Made by a program: the position numbers and the translations under genes. Below the pieces are notes generated by a model that did no database searches, was not told the DNA's origin, and saw nothing but the letters and a program-made list of their open reading frames with translations. A stretch of DNA of 64,000 nt from the NCBI GenBank assembly GCA_005889225.1, contig VBEW01000078.1, forward strand, positions 703-64,702, read 5' to 3'. The first letter of the stretch is position 1, and the number at the start of each line of letters is the position of its first letter. Source of the stretch: Chloroflexota bacterium. GTDB taxonomy: Bacteria; Chloroflexota; Dormibacteria; CF-121. Shown here in pieces: positions 63,921 through 64,000 of this stretch.

Positions 63921-64000
63921 AGCAAGCAAATGGAGACGGAATGCGAGGTCCGCAGGCGCCCGATGTGCCGAAGGGATTGGGTGGTGGGGGGCCGTTCTGC

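Overview
This is a high-GC (roughly 65-70%) window, densely coding on both strands. It looks like an accessory chromosomal region of an actinobacterium-like or Chloroflexi-like organism; the lineage cannot be fixed from sequence alone. I support about 85 features. I found no rRNA, tRNA, CRISPR array, transposase or integrase.

Most genes are metabolic or stress functions:
- a CoA ligase and a FAD oxidoreductase
- five VOC/glyoxalase genes, two SDRs and two SAM methyltransferases
- PaaI-type and other hotdog thioesterases
- two CPBP intramembrane proteases and two alpha/beta hydrolases
- an MFS transporter and LtrA
- a NUDIX hydrolase with an ATP-dependent DNA ligase, DeoC, an AlkA-like glycosylase and a GcvT-like aminomethyltransferase

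There is a great deal of regulation: two ECF sigma factors with C-terminal extensions, ArsR, TetR, AraC and LuxR regulators, and two clusters of two-component signalling genes.

Observations most worth follow-up:
1. 35409..38111: a 664-aa protein with an N-terminal DUF4157-type 'LQxTAGNAAV' signature (typical of eCIS-associated or polymorphic toxins), three peptidoglycan-binding repeats and a snapalysin-like HExxHxxGxxD zinc-peptidase motif. A tightly linked unknown gene follows. No injection machinery is visible in the window.
2. 12569..15551: a translationally coupled four-gene operon (6-pyruvoyl-tetrahydropterin synthase homolog, SAM methyltransferase, GT4 glycosyltransferase, SDR) that looks like a pterin-glycoside pathway.
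3. 8174..11529: an HTH+MEDS regulator next to a free-standing HisKA/DHp-only protein, plus a MASE1 histidine kinase operon whose receiver has Glu at the phospho-acceptor position.
4. 18800..20059: a fusion of a GATase1-like domain to a CysRS-type C-terminal domain.
5. 23036..24394: an animal-type heme peroxidase.
6. 42618..45210: a frameshift in a cyclase-ATPase-TPR regulator gene.
7. Gene remnants (an MFS N-terminus, a LuxR HTH and half a STAS domain), an orphan Flp pilin, a roughly 60-bp AT-rich island and a 1.2-kb ORF-poor stretch.
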